Source: a bacterium
Lineage (GTDB): Bacteria; Patescibacteriota; Patescibacteriia; UBA9570
DNA length: 64,000 nucleotides
Direction of reading: 5' to 3'
Assembly (NCBI GenBank): GCA_030698395.1
Contig: JAUYKW010000026.1
Location: 12,797 to 76,796 of the forward strand
Below are positions 27,553-38,713 of this stretch, one piece after another (position 1 is the stretch's first letter; every line of letters starts with the position of its first letter). The translations under genes and the position numbers were made by a program. The notes under the pieces are model-generated. The model was given only the letters and a program-made list of their open reading frames with translations, ran no database searches and was not told the DNA's origin.

Positions 27553-28962
27553 CTAAAAAATAGAAACCCCTACTAACGGCCACCAAACTAAAGCGCCAAT
27601 AATAAAAATTACTAAAGCAATAATATTCATAAATATACCAGCTCTAATAGTATCCTTTAATGTATAAAAGTTTGCCGAATATGCCAGTGCATTCGGAGGG
27701 CTCCCCATTGGCATCATAAAAGCAAATCCAGCAGGCACCGCGATAATAAATGCTATACCAATAGGATTCAAATTATAAGTTAGTGCAATACTTAATGCTA
27801 CTGGCATTAACATAGCTACCACTGCAGCATTAGACATTACCTCCGTAAAAGCCAATGTACAAATAATCAAACCTATCACAAGCACCCAAGGATGAACCGG
27901 GATAATATCCAAAACACTATTTGTAATAAATAATGCAGCTCCTGTTCTTTCTAAAGCAACTCCCAAAGCAATAGCACCACCATACATTAAAATAATTCCC
28001 CAATTCACATGCTCTTCTGCATCTTGCCAACGCACAACTCGAAATAAAAACATTACGACTACAGAAATTATCGCAATATTGGCCAAGCCAAGACTTTCGC
28101 TTAAAAATATCCATGCTCCAACTGTAGCAACCAAGATTGCTAACATTGTAATTTCATCATCAGATAATTTACCAAGTGATTTCCTTTTCTCTATTAATTT
28201 TATATGCACAGATTCGGTAGTATCAATTTCAATTGGAAACATTTTCTGTAACAAGAAGAAACCAACAATTGCAATTACAATACTTATGGGTAAAATCGCA
28301 ACAGCCCAATCAGTGAAAGAAATTGATAAACCAGTATTTTCTTCTAAGATAGCTACAGCTAATATATTTCTAGCCCCACCTAAAAATGTAGCCACACCAC
28401 CAGTAAGCGTTCCCCAAACAATTGCGAGCAATAATGCTTTACCGAAATTTGATTTATATGGTTCCAACTTTAACCAATGAATCATCTGTAAAACAATTGG
28501 CAACATCATTGCAGCTACTGCATGTTCTGGCATGATAAAGGAAGTAACTACACATAAAAAATAAACCCCAGCTAGCAATCTTTTTGGTTTATTTCCGGAA
28601 CGTCGCAATACCCATAAAGCTATCCGTTCTGCTAATCCGGTAGTAACTAATCCGGTAGAAAGAATCAACGCTCCAATAATAAAAAAGACAGCTGAATTTC
28701 CAAATAGGCTATAAGCTTCCGCTGTCTCTAAAATTCCAAATAAAGGTAATAAAACAATTGCCAATAATGATGTAATGGCTAATGGCAAAACATGTGCTAC
28801 CCAAAACACTACGCACATACCAAATACAACCACGGCACGATAACCAGCCACAGACAAGCCAGCAGGAGGATTCTGCATTAAAGCAATACCAGCCAAAACC
28901 GCAACTATAAGGAAAAGAATTCCTTTATAATTTTCTTTCAATAGGGTATATCGAGAAATCAT
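27553..28962 (-). CDS. SLC13/DASS sodium:anion symporter
   Basis: GGVATFLGGARN, TEVMSNAA, PMGSPPNA. Confidence 0.9.
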   Translation of the reverse strand: MISRYTLLKENYKGILFLIVAVLAGIALMQNPPAGLSVAGYRAVVVFGMCVVFWVAHVLPLAITSLLAIVLLPLFGILETAEAYSLFGNSAVFFIIGALILSTGLVTTGLAERIALWVLRRSGNKPKRLLAGVYFLCVVTSFIMPEHAVAAMMLPIVLQMIHWLKLEPYKSNFGKALLLAIVWGTLTGGVATFLGGARNILAVAILEENTGLSISFTDWAVAILPISIVIAIVGFFLLQKMFPIEIDTTESVHIKLIEKRKSLGKLSDDEITMLAILVATVGAWIFLSESLGLANIAIISVVVMFLFRVVRWQDAEEHVNWGIILMYGGAIALGVALERTGAALFITNSVLDIIPVHPWVLVIGLIICTLAFTEVMSNAAVVAMLMPVALSIALTYNLNPIGIAFIIAVPAGFAFMMPMGSPPNALAYSANFYTLKDTIRAGIFMNIIALVIFIIGALVWWPLVGVSIF

Positions 28963-29182
28963 CTAAACGATTATAGCATGGCCTTATTATTGTATAAAGC
29001 TACTTATTTTAGCAGTAAATAGTTATAAAAATAGCTAATAATAACACCCCTTGACATAATCTTAAATTGTGTTACGTTAACCTATTCTTTTGGCGAAAAC
29101 CAAAGGAATAGGGCTAAAATAATGGTTTACAGTGGCGTTTTTAACGCAATATCTGTTCTCTATTTATATTTTATATTATTTA

Positions 29183-30328
29183 ATGTCATTATCGATTGAA
29201 GATCAAATTACATCGCTGATTAACCAGCATTCTAATATTTTAGTGTGTTTACCAGCAAACCCCACAACGGATGCAATTGCATCTGGTTTAGCTATACATA
29301 GCATATTACAAAAGATGGGAAAATACAGTAAAGTTGTTTCTGATGGTTTTGCATTACCTAATAACCACAAATTCTTGCCAAAAAGCGAAGAAATTGAAAA
29401 TAATCTAGCCGCTGCGAAGAAATTTGTTATTTCCTTAGATATTACAGATACTTCAGTACAAAACCTTACTTATGATATTCAAGGTAATAAACTCCAAATC
29501 TACGTTACTCCACAACGAGGTCAATTTGATAACAATAGTATAAATACTTCAACCAGCCAGTACTCATACGATTTAATAATAGTACTTGATAGCAGAGATT
29601 TAAACTCAATTGGAAAAGTATTTGAAGATAATGCTGAATTCTTTTATCACACGCCAATTCTTAATATCGATCACCATCCTGGAAATGAACAGTTTGGACA
29701 AATTAATGTAGTAAATGTAACAGCAACTAGTATATCTGAAATTATATTTGAATTATCAACTAATCTTAGTGGTGGTTTACTTGATGAATTCATTGCAACT
29801 AACCTGCTTACTGGAATTATTTCTAAAACCAAATCATTCAAAACTAATGATGTTACTCCCCGATCGCTAGCAATAGCCAGTCATTTAATATCTAATGGTG
29901 CGCGCCGTGAAGATATTGTAAAACATCTTTATCAAACAAAATCATTACAATCTCTTAAACTATGGGGCAGAGCTTTATCTAAGTTAGAAGTAGATTCTGA
30001 GTATAAAATTGTATGGTCTGTCTTAAAACGAGAAGATTTTGTAGAAACCGATAGTAGCCCGCTAGATTTAGAATCTGTCATTGATGAATTAATTGTGAAT
30101 ACACCTGATGCCAAAAATATCTATATTGTTTATGAACAACCTGATGAGCGAGGTCACATGCAAATAAATGCAATTATCTATACAGCGCCATATATTAATG
30201 GGCTAACCGAATTCAAAGACTGGTCTGCACATGGCTCAAACAATTTTGTATATGCATCTGTGCCGCACAGTTCATTACAAATGGCTCAAACTTTAATCCA
30301 TGACAAAATCAGATCTCTAGTAAAATAA
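29183..30328 (+). CDS. DHH phosphoesterase (NrnA-like)
   Basis: DLIIVLD, NIDHH, ATNLLTGI; start moved to the ATG at 29183. Confidence 0.85.
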   Translation: MSLSIEDQITSLINQHSNILVCLPANPTTDAIASGLAIHSILQKMGKYSKVVSDGFALPNNHKFLPKSEEIENNLAAAKKFVISLDITDTSVQNLTYDIQGNKLQIYVTPQRGQFDNNSINTSTSQYSYDLIIVLDSRDLNSIGKVFEDNAEFFYHTPILNIDHHPGNEQFGQINVVNVTATSISEIIFELSTNLSGGLLDEFIATNLLTGIISKTKSFKTNDVTPRSLAIASHLISNGARREDIVKHLYQTKSLQSLKLWGRALSKLEVDSEYKIVWSVLKREDFVETDSSPLDLESVIDELIVNTPDAKNIYIVYEQPDERGHMQINAIIYTAPYINGLTEFKDWSAHGSNNFVYASVPHSSLQMAQTLIHDKIRSLVK

Positions 30329-30334
30329 GATTTC

Positions 30335-30371
30335 AAAAGCAGGTGCATCATATGCGATAAACCTGCTTTTT
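30335..30371 (+). terminator. Intrinsic terminator
   Basis: AAAAGCAGGT...ACCTGCTTTT. Confidence 0.6.
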
Positions 30372-30387
30372 ATGTTATAATCATTTT

Positions 30388-32160
30388 ATGGTTCAACGCA
30401 TAGAAGACTTACTAGCTGCTAACAAAAAAAGTCAGCAGTCTACAAGCACTACAACAACTCAACAGCCAGCCAAGGGTGGTAATAAGCCCAATGTTACTGA
30501 AGATGATCCTGCAGAAAAGTTGATAGAGAAAATGCAAGCAATGGGGCTGGATAAAAAAGAAGAGCTAATTCAACAAAGAGCTGCCGAGTTGAGTATGGAA
30601 TATATCAATCTCCAAGGATTTCCTGTTGGTCCTGAAGTATTGTCATTAATAAAAGAAGATCAGGCGCGGAAAATGCAAACTGTAGCCTTCTTCAAATTAG
30701 GTGGCCAAATAAGATTAGCTACTAGATTACCAGATCATCCAGAATTAAATGACACTATTTCAGACATCCAAAAAACATTCCCTGGGATCAACATTGCTAT
30801 TTATCTAACTTCTGAACACAGCCTAAATGAGGCTTTTAAGTTATATAAAAATATTGCGCGAGTAAAAAAAATAGAAACAGAAGTTAAAATAACCAAAGAA
30901 GATCTAGAGCGTTTTCAAGAGGAAATCAAAGATTATCCAACCATGGAGAAACGACTCGCGGAAGTGAATATGACAGAAGCGTTCGCCATTATCATTGCCA
31001 TGGCTTTAAATGTTAACTCATCTGATATTCATATAGAAGCAGAGGAAACCTACATAACAATACGTTATCGTGTAGATGGCATTCTTCAAATTGCTGCAAA
31101 AATCCCCAAAAGTATTTGGCACCGATTGATTGCTCGTATCAAGACTATCTCGGGATTAAAAATTAACATCAACCACATACCTCAGGATGGTAGAATTACC
31201 ATTAAGTTTGAAACCGACAAGATGGATATTCGTGTTTCTACTATGCCAACTGCTTATGGCGAATCAGTAGTAATGCGTTTATTAAAATCATCATCGGTTG
31301 GTTTAAGTTTCGAGCAACTTGGTTTCCGAGATTCTGCATTTAATCGTTTAAAATATGAAATCGAAAAACCACAGGGAATGATTGTAACCACCGGACCAAC
31401 CGGTTCTGGTAAAACTACAACTTTGTATGCCATATTAAATAAATTAAATACGCCTGATACAAAGATTATTACCTTAGAAAATCCTATTGAGTATAGATTA
31501 CCTGGTGTTGCTCAATCACAAATTGATCATTCCAAAGGCTATACATTTAGTAAAGGTTTAAGAGCTATTTTACGTCAGGATCCAGATGTAATCATGGTTG
31601 GTGAAATCCGTGATTTAGAAACTGCTGAAACTGCAATTCAAGCAGCTCTTACTGGTCACTTAGTACTATCCACCATTCATACCAATGATGCTGCTGGTGC
31701 AATTCCTAGATTCTTATCCATGGGTGTACCACCATTCTTATTAGCTCCTGCAATGAACGCTATTCTAGGACAACGTTTGGTACGTAAAATATGTAAAGAT
31801 TGTAAAACTGAAGTTACTCTTGATTTAGAAACATTAGAGCGCGTGAAAAAACTAATTTTAGATATTCCAGAAAATTCTGGTGAAGAAAAAGTTGATGTTG
31901 AGAACATGACTTTTTATGAAGGAAAAGGTTGTGCAACTTGCGGTGACGTAGGTTATAAAGGACGCGTAGGTATCTATGAAGTATTTACAATGAATAAAGA
32001 TATCGAAGCACTAACTTTATCTGGTAATGTTTCCGAATATCAAATGAAAGAAATTACACATAAAACTGGTATGGTAGGCATGGCACAAGATGGTATTCTA
32101 AAAGCTCTCGCAGGAGATACATCTGTTTCGGAAGTACTACGCGTTGCAGTAATTGATTAA
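30388..32160 (+). CDS. pilB: Type IV pilus/T2SS assembly ATPase PilB/GspE
   Basis: SDIHIE, PQDGR, GPTGSGKTTTLY, LRQDPDVIMVGEIRD, tetracysteine motif. Confidence 0.9.
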   Translation: MVQRIEDLLAANKKSQQSTSTTTTQQPAKGGNKPNVTEDDPAEKLIEKMQAMGLDKKEELIQQRAAELSMEYINLQGFPVGPEVLSLIKEDQARKMQTVAFFKLGGQIRLATRLPDHPELNDTISDIQKTFPGINIAIYLTSEHSLNEAFKLYKNIARVKKIETEVKITKEDLERFQEEIKDYPTMEKRLAEVNMTEAFAIIIAMALNVNSSDIHIEAEETYITIRYRVDGILQIAAKIPKSIWHRLIARIKTISGLKININHIPQDGRITIKFETDKMDIRVSTMPTAYGESVVMRLLKSSSVGLSFEQLGFRDSAFNRLKYEIEKPQGMIVTTGPTGSGKTTTLYAILNKLNTPDTKIITLENPIEYRLPGVAQSQIDHSKGYTFSKGLRAILRQDPDVIMVGEIRDLETAETAIQAALTGHLVLSTIHTNDAAGAIPRFLSMGVPPFLLAPAMNAILGQRLVRKICKDCKTEVTLDLETLERVKKLILDIPENSGEEKVDVENMTFYEGKGCATCGDVGYKGRVGIYEVFTMNKDIEALTLSGNVSEYQMKEITHKTGMVGMAQDGILKALAGDTSVSEVLRVAVID

Positions 32161-32162
32161 TA

Positions 32163-32197
32163 CCTCTCCCCCAGCCCCTCTCCTCATCAAGAGAGGG
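32163..32197. repeat. CCCTCTC...GAGAGGG intergenic palindromic repeat between convergent genes
   Basis: cctctcccccagCCCCTCTCctcatcaaGAGAGGG. Confidence 0.5.
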
Positions 32198-32201
32198 TAG
32201 T

Positions 32202-34763
32202 TTAACTCAATGCTTCAAACGATTCTCGTAAAATAGTAAGCGTTTCTTTTTTTTCTGCTAGATTTTTTTTATCTCGCTCCACCACATCTGCAGGAGCATT
32301 ACCTGTATAACTTTCATTACCCAGCTTCTTTTCTAATCCAATTACATATCCGTTCAGTTTATCTATTTCTTTCTGCAATCTTTTCTGTTCTGCCACCACA
32401 TCAATCACATCACCTAGATTTATAGTAAGTGAGTATTTAGCATTTGTAATTTCCGTAGACGCACTATCCTTTATTTTATCTCCAAAATCAACTTTACATA
32501 ATTTCTCAATAATTTCACGCACTTGTGGAGATATATTGTTTGCAGAATATACAGAAATTTGTTTTGCATAACTAATTTTATATTGACCCCGCAAATTTCT
32601 AATTTGAATAACAATATCTTGCAACAAAGCAAACTCTTTTTCCATTTTTTTATCCCGATCAATCTCACTAGCTTGTGGCCACTCGGAAATTAACAACATC
32701 TGCTCTTTGCCTAGCTCTTGCCATAACACCTCAGTTACAAATGGTACAAATGGATGTAATAATTTTAATGTTGTCTCTAACACTTCTTGCGCCAATAAAG
32801 GATTTGGCTGAAACTTTGTAATCTCTACATACCAATCTGCAAACTCATGCCAAAGAAAATCATAAGCTAACTCTGCAGCTGCACTAAACCGATAATTTTC
32901 TATATCTGCAGTAACTTTATTAATCACGTCTGCTAATCTAGATTTAATCCACTTATCTGCCAACGACTCTTCTTTAATTTGATCACCTACCTCTTGTAAC
33001 AAAACATAGCGCGATACATTCCAAATTTTATTTACGAAATTTCGGTAGCCAGCAATTTTTTCCTCATACAAACGAGAATCATTTCCTGGAGTTGTGCCAA
33101 CCATTAAAGCTAACCTTAAGGCATCGGTACCATACTTCTCAATCATATCCAAAGGATCAATTGCATTATCTAAAGATTTAGACATCTTGCGTCCATCCTT
33201 ATCTCGCACCAATCCATGTAGATAAACATTTTTAAATGGCACATCACCCACTGCATAAGTAGTCATCAAAATCATTCGAGCTACCCAAAAAAATAAAATA
33301 TCATAACCAGTTTCCAAAACATTAGTTGGATGAAACATTTTATAATCTTCCGTTTTGTCTGGCCAACCCAGAGTAGAAAATGTCCATAAACCAGAACTAA
33401 ACCAAGTATCAAGTGTATCTGGATCCTGCTCCCAACCTTCACCTGCTGGCTCCTCAACTCCTACATATATTTCATCACCTTTATACCAAACCGGAACTCT
33501 ATGGCCATACCAGATTTGCCGGCTGATATTCCAATCTCGTAAATTATCTATCCAATGAAAATATATTTTGTTAAAACGATCTGGAATAATTTGAATATCA
33601 TCTGATTTAACTGCTTCTTGCATTAACTGTTTTAATGATACCTCTTTTCCAGACACGTGGTGTTTAAATTTTTTATTCACATCAATGAACCACTGAATTT
33701 TTGGCAAAGGCTCTATTGCCGAATCGCAACGATAGCAAATAGAAAGATTATGTACATAATCCTCATCAATTCTGTCTACCAATCCCTTTTCTTGTAATCG
33801 CGCTACAATCTCATCTCGTGATTCCCTGGCATTCTTACCAGCAAATTCACCAGCTGCCTTGGTAAAATTTCCGTCTTCATCAATAATCTTAACAATTGGT
33901 AAATCATGCTTCTTAGCTAATTCAAAATCCACCATGCTATGTCCTGGTGTTATTGTCATCGCCCCGCTACCAAAATCTTTATCTGCTGCTTCATCAGCAA
34001 TCATATTAGCTGCAACTTTGCCATCAATCCATTCCACATCAAACTCCTTGCCTATCATATCTTGATAACGCTCATCAGCTGGATGCACAATAATGGTTTT
34101 ATCTAAAAACTTTGTTTCTGGCCGAGCAGTACCAATTATTACAGGCCCATACTTAAAATAATAAAACTTACTTTTTTCTTCTCGATACTCTACCTCATCA
34201 TCAGATAAAGTTGATTTACATCTTGGACACCAATTAACAACCCGATCTCCTTTATAAATCAAATCATCTTCGTACATCATTTTAAATACTGTTTTTACAG
34301 CCTTGCTTCTTGCTTCATCAAAAGTATATGCCTCTCGTGACCAATCCAAAGACGCTCCCATTTTTTTTGCTTGATTCACAATAGTGTCATGCGATTCAGC
34401 AGCAAACTCCTCCACTCTCTTTAAGAACGCCTCTCTGCCAAGCTCATGCCTAGGATCAGCAATGCCTTCTTTTATGAGTATCTTTTCTACTTTAGTTTGA
34501 GTGGCAATTCCTGCGTGATCTGTGCCCGGAATCCATAAGGCTTTTTTACCTTGCATCCGTTGATATCGAATCATCACATCTTCAATCGCCAACATTACTG
34601 CATGCCCTAAATGCAACGTACCGGTAACATTAGGTGGTGGCAAAGCAATCGTATATGGCTCTCCATCAGGTAAATTATCTGGATTAAACATTCCAGAATC
34701 TTCCCAACTTTGATAAATTTTATCTTCATGCTCTTTCCACTCGTAAGCTTTAGGTAATGTCAT
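32202..34763 (-). CDS. valS: Valine--tRNA ligase
   Basis: PPPNVTGTLHLGH, DHAGIATQ, DTWFSSGLW, KMSKS, C-terminal coiled coil. Confidence 0.96.
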   Translation of the reverse strand: MTLPKAYEWKEHEDKIYQSWEDSGMFNPDNLPDGEPYTIALPPPNVTGTLHLGHAVMLAIEDVMIRYQRMQGKKALWIPGTDHAGIATQTKVEKILIKEGIADPRHELGREAFLKRVEEFAAESHDTIVNQAKKMGASLDWSREAYTFDEARSKAVKTVFKMMYEDDLIYKGDRVVNWCPRCKSTLSDDEVEYREEKSKFYYFKYGPVIIGTARPETKFLDKTIIVHPADERYQDMIGKEFDVEWIDGKVAANMIADEAADKDFGSGAMTITPGHSMVDFELAKKHDLPIVKIIDEDGNFTKAAGEFAGKNARESRDEIVARLQEKGLVDRIDEDYVHNLSICYRCDSAIEPLPKIQWFIDVNKKFKHHVSGKEVSLKQLMQEAVKSDDIQIIPDRFNKIYFHWIDNLRDWNISRQIWYGHRVPVWYKGDEIYVGVEEPAGEGWEQDPDTLDTWFSSGLWTFSTLGWPDKTEDYKMFHPTNVLETGYDILFFWVARMILMTTYAVGDVPFKNVYLHGLVRDKDGRKMSKSLDNAIDPLDMIEKYGTDALRLALMVGTTPGNDSRLYEEKIAGYRNFVNKIWNVSRYVLLQEVGDQIKEESLADKWIKSRLADVINKVTADIENYRFSAAAELAYDFLWHEFADWYVEITKFQPNPLLAQEVLETTLKLLHPFVPFVTEVLWQELGKEQMLLISEWPQASEIDRDKKMEKEFALLQDIVIQIRNLRGQYKISYAKQISVYSANNISPQVREIIEKLCKVDFGDKIKDSASTEITNAKYSLTINLGDVIDVVAEQKRLQKEIDKLNGYVIGLEKKLGNESYTGNAPADVVERDKKNLAEKKETLTILRESFEALS

Positions 34764-34766
34764 ACA

Positions 34767-35747
34767 CTATTTCTTATTTAAAATTCTCAAGTAATATCCG
34801 GCCTGTCTTTTTATTCGATAAGCCTCATTGTTTTGTTTAAATTCATCATCTAAATCTGACAACCTGACTAATTCATTATCCTGCATCACATAAGGATCTA
34901 CAATTCTAATTTTCGTCTTGATAAAAAAATCATAATTAATTGGATCTTCCTCTACTTTAAGATGATTCACTAGCTCTAAGTTACCTACAATTTTCTCATG
35001 TTGCGATTGAGCTAATTTCTCATACACAATTTCATCAACTGAGAATAAATCTTTAAATGTAATAACATTTTCAAACAAAGCTATCTTAATTGCCTCGGCA
35101 AATAAATAATAAAGTGCCGCTTGTAAAGGATGGCCCCACAATCGCGCATCACCTTCTCTATATTTATCTGCAAATTGTCTAGCCACCGCTTCGTGTTCAA
35201 AAGCAATATTGTCTTCCACACGAATCATGTCATCTAAAATCTTCATAGCTTCTGGAGTGGTTAACATATTATCTGTAACCAAATCTCGAAAGAAGTAATC
35301 CACTCTATCCATGCATAAATCTGGCAAATCTCGCTCTAATAAATGAAATCGATGTTTATCTAGCAACTCATCAACAGAAAAATTATGTTTCTTTAAAATC
35401 TCTGGAATTTGAGAATTCAACACAACTTCTTTATGAAATTCTTCATGGAACGTTCCCACTTCAGACCCACCAAACACAAAATCAATCACATGAGAAAACG
35501 CTGTATGAGGAACGTCATGTAATAAGCCAGCAATCTGCTCTTCTAAAGTTGCATTAAACTTACGCAACAATAAATACACTCCTACACAATGCTCAAATCT
35601 ATTAGTAGTTAAATGTGAAAATCGATAAAAGCTAGCTCCATACTGATTAACTTTTTTAAGACGCTGCATAGCATCCGAAGCCATGATCTCTAAAATCGCA
35701 GGTTCGATAATATCTGTTGTGCCGTATATTCTATCTTGATAATTCAT
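34767..35747 (-). CDS. HD-domain phosphohydrolase (YwfO/dNTPase-like)
   Basis: RFEHCVG, LLHDVPHTAFSH, DRVDYFFRD; start moved to the ATG at 35747. Confidence 0.85.
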   Translation of the reverse strand: MNYQDRIYGTTDIIEPAILEIMASDAMQRLKKVNQYGASFYRFSHLTTNRFEHCVGVYLLLRKFNATLEEQIAGLLHDVPHTAFSHVIDFVFGGSEVGTFHEEFHKEVVLNSQIPEILKKHNFSVDELLDKHRFHLLERDLPDLCMDRVDYFFRDLVTDNMLTTPEAMKILDDMIRVEDNIAFEHEAVARQFADKYREGDARLWGHPLQAALYYLFAEAIKIALFENVITFKDLFSVDEIVYEKLAQSQHEKIVGNLELVNHLKVEEDPINYDFFIKTKIRIVDPYVMQDNELVRLSDLDDEFKQNNEAYRIKRQAGYYLRILNKK

Positions 35748-35754
35748 AAAAAAT

Positions 35755-35885
35755 AAAAAAAGTGAATCGGTAGATGGGGCCAAGCGTGGCGGTACCACCC
35801 ATCAGTTTCACTTCATTAATTGGAGATTACGGATCCACCGTGATTTATTAAATCCAGCTCGCCTGGTGACACTACTCCAGGGTCA
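35755..35885 (-). promoter_or_regulatory. T-box riboswitch with putative Val (GUA) specifier
   Basis: GGTGGTACCGC T-box (35799-35789) within a GATGGG/CCCATC antiterminator; AGTA...GTA stem I; upstream of HD gene and valS. Confidence 0.8.
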
Positions 35886-35933
35886 GAACTTTTATAATTG
35901 TAAGCTAATAATATGTTAAATTAGTGTTACCTG

Positions 35934-36350
35934 TCAAGTTGTTTCATCTAGCTCCAATAACTGCAAACCACTGTAATCATCATGTGTCCGGTGCGTCTCT
36001 TGATAAGGAGAAATCATCACTTCCAGTGTTGGATTCGCTATAGCCCTGTTACAATGACCAGCAAAAGCTTGAAAATTTTCATCTCCAATCGTCATGTGAA
36101 TGTGCAACTTTTCTGCCGAAATATTTCCGGTTAGATTTGATACCTCAAATTCTCCGGTAAAAGTTTTCTTTTTATATTCCTTAGTATCAACACTAAAAAA
36201 TCCCAGTTCCACTTCTTTAGCTGCTCCTAAACCAATAATTGTTCCACCAGAAATATTATGTTCTTTACAAAAAGTTGTTAAACTTTCAACTAATTCCTCA
36301 TCTGGCATTAAACGAATTAAGTATTTACCGTTATCTTTTGAATAAGTCAT
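35934..36350 (-). CDS. PPC/DUF296-domain protein
   Basis: GLGA, EVSNLTGNIS, HIH, GH, PTLEV. Confidence 0.85.
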   Translation of the reverse strand: MTYSKDNGKYLIRLMPDEELVESLTTFCKEHNISGGTIIGLGAAKEVELGFFSVDTKEYKKKTFTGEFEVSNLTGNISAEKLHIHMTIGDENFQAFAGHCNRAIANPTLEVMISPYQETHRTHDDYSGLQLLELDETT

Positions 36351-36353
36351 ATT

Positions 36354-37103
36354 TTAATAAATTCCGAATGTATAGTTAGCAATTTGTCTTAATAATTTAT
36401 TTGGATCTCTTTCAATATCCGATCTCCTTAATCCACTCTTTTTTTCAAACTCTTCAAATACAGAAGTATAAAATTCATCATTTATTATGTCTTCCGGATT
36501 AACTTCAGCTATCAATTCCAGCCAAGCAACTCGAGCTTTAAAATCTTCATTTAAATGCACGTCAGACATTTCTGAATAACGCCGAATGGAAAAACCAGAA
36601 TCAATATATCTAACATCTCCATCCTTAGTAACCATTAAATTTGTATCACCTAATAAATCAAATGGCAAATTACCTTCATCAGTTCCGGTTTCTTCATATT
36701 CTCGATAACTAGTTTTTAGTAAACCTGCTATCTCTGCTAATTGGACACGACTTTTTTCCTGTAAACCACCAATTTCATATTCATATACATCTGCTGGTTC
36801 TGCTGGCTGTAATCTCTCCTGAGCCAAAAAAAAACTTTTCCTAGGTTTCTCACTATAATGTGGCATCACCCATTGCCGTGGAATATATTTTCCATAGTGT
36901 TTCTGCAGACTTTTATACCGATCCCGCAATTCATATGCAGTTTCTTCATCAAATCCTTCTTCAGATCCTTTACCAAATCTTCCTTCTAAATGTTTGATTA
37001 CCAATTTACTATCAGTACCATCTTCTTTCTTTACACCATAAACCATGGTTTCATTTCCCATGCTTAATAGACTCTTCCTTTTACTACCTCTTCTATCATC
37101 CAT
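36354..37103 (-). CDS. Hypothetical protein, possible protein-kinase-like fold
   Basis: LVIK, FDLLGDTNLMV, YIDSG. Confidence 0.5.
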   Translation of the reverse strand: MDDRRGSKRKSLLSMGNETMVYGVKKEDGTDSKLVIKHLEGRFGKGSEEGFDEETAYELRDRYKSLQKHYGKYIPRQWVMPHYSEKPRKSFFLAQERLQPAEPADVYEYEIGGLQEKSRVQLAEIAGLLKTSYREYEETGTDEGNLPFDLLGDTNLMVTKDGDVRYIDSGFSIRRYSEMSDVHLNEDFKARVAWLELIAEVNPEDIINDEFYTSVFEEFEKKSGLRRSDIERDPNKLLRQIANYTFGIY

Positions 37104-37107
37104 ATAA

Positions 37108-38082
37108 TCAGCGTGGTGTTAATTCCCAATTTGGATTAGCTTTAAATGAAAATAAATCTGTAGGTTGTTCATGAAATCTACAAGCTGCCGCAATCATCGC
37201 TGCATTATCTGTACAAAATTCTGGCGCTGGAATGTAAATATTAGCATTCAAGTTTTCTAATTCTGTACGTAATGCAGAATTTGCTGCCACACCACCTCCA
37301 ACTAACAATGATTTTGCGCCATGCACCTTTAACGCTTTTTTTGTTTTAGCTACCAAAACATTTACAATCGCATTTTCAATGGATGCGCATACATCTTCTA
37401 ATTTTGCATCAGGATTATCACGATGGAAATATAATACCGCTGTCTTCAAACCAGAAAAAGAAAAATCAGAATTATCGCTATCTAACATCGGGCTTGGTAA
37501 ATGATGAATTGTCGAATCTCCTTTAGCTGCTAATTTCGAAATTTCTGGACCGCCCGGATAATCTAATCCCAAAATGCGGGCACATTTATCAAAACACTCT
37601 CCTGCTGCATCATCTCTTGTTGCACCTATTAATTCATATGTTCCCGGTTTTGGTACAAATAGTAATTCAGTGTGTCCACCAGATACAACTAATGCCACTG
37701 CTGGAAATTCAATATCTGGATTCCCAATAAAGTTTGCAGCTATATGTCCTTCAATATGATTAATAGAAAACAATGGTTTATTCCAGCTATATGCCAATGT
37801 CCGCGCTGTCTCCACTCCCACCATCAATGATGTTATCAAGCCAGGACCAGAGGTTACCGCAATTCTATCAATATCATCCGGTATTAAAACAGTTTTCTGC
37901 ATAATTTCTTTTATTATTGGAATCATTACTTGAACATGTTCTCGAGCAGCAACTTCTGGTACGATTCCTCCGGTAATTCTATGAACGTCTATTTGCGATG
38001 CAGTAACATGAGTTACGTCATCACCATTCAAAATAGCAACACTCGTTTCATCGCACGATGTTTCAATAGCCAAAATCTTCAT
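37108..38082 (-). CDS. tsaD: tRNA N6-threonylcarbamoyltransferase
   Basis: IETSCDET, GPGL, HIEGH, SGGHT, DDAAGE, TDNAAMIA. Confidence 0.96.
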   Translation of the reverse strand: MKILAIETSCDETSVAILNGDDVTHVTASQIDVHRITGGIVPEVAAREHVQVMIPIIKEIMQKTVLIPDDIDRIAVTSGPGLITSLMVGVETARTLAYSWNKPLFSINHIEGHIAANFIGNPDIEFPAVALVVSGGHTELLFVPKPGTYELIGATRDDAAGECFDKCARILGLDYPGGPEISKLAAKGDSTIHHLPSPMLDSDNSDFSFSGLKTAVLYFHRDNPDAKLEDVCASIENAIVNVLVAKTKKALKVHGAKSLLVGGGVAANSALRTELENLNANIYIPAPEFCTDNAAMIAAACRFHEQPTDLFSFKANPNWELTPR

Positions 38083-38681
38083 ATTACAGAAAAAGCAAAT
38101 GGTGAAATACTAAATATATAAAAACATCCAAAAACTACCATAGCGGTAAATACAGAACCGGAAATTGCTTGAGCAACTGTGTGTTTTTTTCGCACAACTC
38201 GAGCCCACATCAATGCAGGTAGTAACAATAATAATGGCCACCATTGCCATCCAAATGCAACATTCAAAATCAATACCGTCATTGTGAATGCGGCTGTATG
38301 TACACTTATCTTCCAGAAAAAAGTAACTGCCGTGCCCAAGACCTCAATTACCAAAGCTATTGCCCTAATTTTCCAGGCAATATCATTTCCCCAAAAATAC
38401 AAACATAATAAAGCAACAACATGCACTATAACTACCAAAGTAAAATAAACCCTACGTTCATTAACGTCTGTCATTTCCCAATCACTCACCTTACCAGTTC
38501 GATGAAAATACGCCAGAATTACAACTGGCGTTAAAAGCTCTAGCACAAATAAAGGTATCAATAATATTTTAACCTGTTCTGAAGATAGGCCCGTTCCTAA
38601 TAAAATAATCAATACAAATAAAGGCCACATCAATGATGGATCTAGTGCGTGTGATATAATTTTAGCGCAAGTTTGTTTCAT
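38079..38681 (-). CDS. PAP2-like membrane protein
   Basis: WKISVH, WARVVRKKHT..Q. Confidence 0.7.
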   Translation of the reverse strand: MKQTCAKIISHALDPSLMWPLFVLIILLGTGLSSEQVKILLIPLFVLELLTPVVILAYFHRTGKVSDWEMTDVNERRVYFTLVVIVHVVALLCLYFWGNDIAWKIRAIALVIEVLGTAVTFFWKISVHTAAFTMTVLILNVAFGWQWWPLLLLLPALMWARVVRKKHTVAQAISGSVFTAMVVFGCFYIFSISPFAFSVI

Positions 38682-38713
38682 AATTCTGAATACAGTATAC
38701 AATAGCATATATC

